64,000 bases of DNA from Eledone cirrhosa (taxonomy: Eukaryota). Of this stretch, positions 61,010 to 64,000 are shown piece by piece. The position numbers and the translations under genes were made by a program. The stretch is taken from positions 18,042,001 through 18,106,000 of the forward strand of contig OZ024742.1 in the NCBI GenBank assembly GCA_964016885.1. Direction: 5' to 3'. Positions within the stretch are counted from its first letter, which is position 1. Every line of letters begins with the position of its first letter. The notes below the pieces were generated by a model. The model was not told the DNA's origin and did not search any database. It saw nothing but the letters and a program-made list of their open reading frames with translations.

Positions 61010-64000
61010 TTAACGGTAATTCACATATTGTACCAACTTTGCGGGCCAATAGACGCGTCGTCCGCTTCTCGTGACTGGAGATGAAACAGGTGGCTCGCTG
61101 GGACAGCAATCTGTTGGAGTTTCTAGTGTAGAGACTGTAACAGTATCCATGATGGCTTTTTTTAATCTGTCCACGCTGACAGAATTCTGTTTACCATCTA
61201 AATCGAGAATAAAATATTTCGGATATATTTTTAGAACACGATAAGGGCCAGAATATGGAGGTCGAAGATGAGCTGAGATGGTGTCGTTTCGAACGAAAAC
61301 GTGTGTCCAATCTTTAATGTCTGAAGGTACGTGTGTGGCCGTGTTCTGTTGACGGGTGCTTGCAGAAGCAAGGTGAGACATATATTGTCGAAGACGGTGT
61401 ACGTATGATCCTGGGTCTAGAACATCCTGAGGAGAGATGGGAGCAACCATCTGACCAGGTAGAACCAGGGTGGTGCCGTATACTAATTCTGCAGGTGTGT
61501 GTCCGAATTCCTCCTTAACGGTGGATCGAATGCCCAAAAGGATGAGTGGTAGGTATTCAAACCAGTGAGTCTTGTCTGGATATGCTTTTATTGCAGCTTT
61601 CAATTGGCGATGGAATCTTTCCACGAGACCATTAGCTTGCGGGTGATAAGCTGTCGTGTGGATGTGTTTACATCCTAACAGGCGAGTCAGTTCCCTGAAG
61701 AGGTGGGAGTCAAACTGGCGTCCTCTGTCCGTTGTTATCTTCGCTGGGGCGCCATAACGTGATACCCAGTGTAAAACAACCAAAGTTTTAGCGACTGTTT
61801 CCGCTGAGGTATCATTTATGGGAAAAGCCTCAGGCCAACGAGAAAATCGATCTATGCAGGTGAGCAAGTGTGTGTAGTTCTGTGATGGTGGTAGAGGTCC
61901 GACGATGTCGATATGCACATGATGAAAACGTGCATCAGGTTGCGCGAATGTGCCGAGTGGAGTTTTGATGTTTCTGTGGACTTTGGCTTTCTGGCAGGCA
62001 ATGCAGCTCCTGGACCAGTCGCGCACGTCCTTGTTAATGTTAGTCCACACAAAACGAGCAGAGATGAGTTTCTGTGTAGCCCGGATTCCCGGGTGAGACA
62101 AGCAGTGTAAAGCAGAAAAAACTTGTCGACGATGCATCTGTGGTACGTACGGTCGTTCATGACCGGTAGAAAGGTCGCACCAAATTTGTCCCGGAGAAGA
62201 AGGAATGGGAACTTGCTGAAACTTGAGGGATGGCGAATCTCAGAGCTTGATACACTCTTCGTCAGTCTCTTGGTCAGCTGCGATCTGTTGAAGCTCGATG
62301 CCTGAATGCACATGTATTGCGTTCAGCTGGATTCGGGACAGGGCATCGGCTGCTACGTTGTCTGTTCCCTTGATATGCCGAATCTCAGTTGAATATTGGG
62401 AGACAAAATCCAGGTGTCGGAGTTCTCTCGGTAAATGTCGATCAGGTTTGGTACGGAACGTATAAACTAATGGTTTATGGTCCGTGTGGATCACGAAATC
62501 TGATCCTTCGAGCATGTGCCGAAAATGCTTAACTGAAAGATAGGTTGCCAAGAGTTCGCGGCCAAAGGTACTTTATTTCGTTTCTGCCGGTTGTAACCGC
62601 TTAGAAAAGAAGGATAAGGGTTGCCACACGCCGTCGACATGTTGTTGTAGAACGCCTCCAACCCCCGTGTCTGATGCGTCCACTAGCAGCGAAAGAGGAG
62701 CGCCAGACCTGGGGAAAACGAGCATGGAAGCATTTGCCAACATTTCCTTCAGGCGGTTAAAAGATGTTAATTCTTCCTCGTTTAAAGTGATCTCTTCGTT
62801 TTTGCGAGTCCGGTTACGAAGAAGGTCCGTGAGGAGTCTGGCTGCGTCGGAACAATGAGGGATGAACCGCCTATAAAAATTCACCAGACCGAGGAATTCA
62901 CGCAGTTTCCGAAGTGATGTAGGTGCAGGAAAACTGCGGATAGCTTCTACTTTCTCGGGAAGTGGACGAATGCCGTCTTTATCAATGATGTACCCGAGAA
63001 AGGACAGTGAAGGAACGCCGAGAAGGCACTTGCTGGGGTTGATGATGATACCGTACTCAGCCAAACGTCTGAAAAGGAGATCTAAGTGCTTCTCGTGTTC
63101 ATGCTCGGAAGTACTTGCTACAGCACGTCGTCAATATACGCATATACGAAGGGTAGATCACGTAACACGGTGTCAATAAACCGCTGAAAAGTTTGTGCAG
63201 CGTTGCGCAGACCGAACACCATTCGCAGGAATTCGAATAAACCGAACGGTGTTGTGATTGCGGTCTTCGGAATGTCTGCAGGCTCCATAGGTATCTGGTT
63301 ATATGCACGCACCAAATCTACCTTGAAAAAGATGCGTGCGCCTTGCAGAGAGGCAGAAAAATCGTGCAGGTGAGGTACAGGGTAATTATCGGGCACTGTA
63401 GAATTGTTAAGTGCACGATAATCCCCACATGGTCGCCAATCATTCTCGTTTTTTTAAGGAACAAGGTGTAGGGGTGCAGACCAGTTGCTAGAGGAAGGGC
63501 GAATGATTCCGAGGTCCAGCATGTGTTGGAACTCCTGCTTGGCGATTCTCAATCGTCTGGAGGCAGTCTCCTTGGTCGGGCAGCTGTGGGTGGTCCCTTT
63601 GTCTCGATGTGGTGCGTGAAACTATGCTTAATAGAACCATCCTTAAATACCGGGCGAGTGATGTCTGGATATTTCTGGAGAATGCCGTTGTACCGCGAAG
63701 GCTCTGACTGGCAAATTACAGGGCTCACTGTGGATTGCGTGGTAAATATACCTCTCACAGTGAGGTTTGTGGTGGTGTCAATAAGCCTCCGGTTCTTCAT
63801 ATCCACCAGAAGGTTGAAGTGGTGGAGAAAATTGACTCCTAGGATCGGGGTCGGCAGGTCTGCCACGACGAACACCCATTGAAAACGCCGCCTCAGGCCT
63901 AAATTGAGGGTCAGTGATTTTTCCCCGAAAGTCGGAATTGACGATCGGTTCACTGCCTGCAGAAAGGACGGGGTTGGGTGTCTTTTGCCCGAGATTAGTG
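61010..64000 (-). pseudogene. Gypsy pol with stops and frameshifts
   Basis: ILGVNFL (protease end), [14 protein letters not shown] (RT), DAS and TDHKPL (RNase H), H.SHPG...C..C zinc finger, HIDIVGP, TDRGRQF, NGLVER (DDE integrase) and GPY motif. Confidence 0.93.

Larger units (their letters stand above)
59735..64000 (-). mobile_element. Ty3/Gypsy LTR retrotransposon, 5' part beyond the window
   Basis: Domain order protease-RT-RNase H-integrase, followed by ~900 bp of 3' sequence and the LTR. Confidence 0.95.

Overview
Repeat-rich, AT-rich animal genomic DNA with GT-AG spliceosomal introns. The SINE/LINE repertoire suggests a mollusc, probably an octopus (inference, not proven). Host genes: a single-coding-exon SLC26 (prestin/SLC26A6-like) anion transporter (+, 9329-11719), a 10-coding-exon EDEM2 (+, 28166-41710, 689 aa reconstructed), a Rieske-domain gene (RFESD-like, -, at least 2 exons) and a probable bidirectional promoter near 57.1 kb. 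Repeats and mobile DNA: an 8.1-kb GGAT/GGTT/GAAT satellite, a head-to-tail Helitron-like dimer, a near-full-length Tx1-clade LINE inside a (GATA)n tract, a Buster-type hAT with an 8-bp TSD, a Ty3/Gypsy element with its 3' LTR, a 48-bp minisatellite, and many SINE, CR1, RTE, CRE and MITE fragments. The strongest signal not explained by the ORF track is six minimal type I hammerhead ribozyme motifs from three sequence families. Four sit at the outer ends of two large inverted repeats (a 2.7-kb and a 1.1-kb palindrome) of Penelope-like origin, and structure-preserving substitutions between copies support the fold. All coordinates and folds were read by eye; no searches or folding programs were run.
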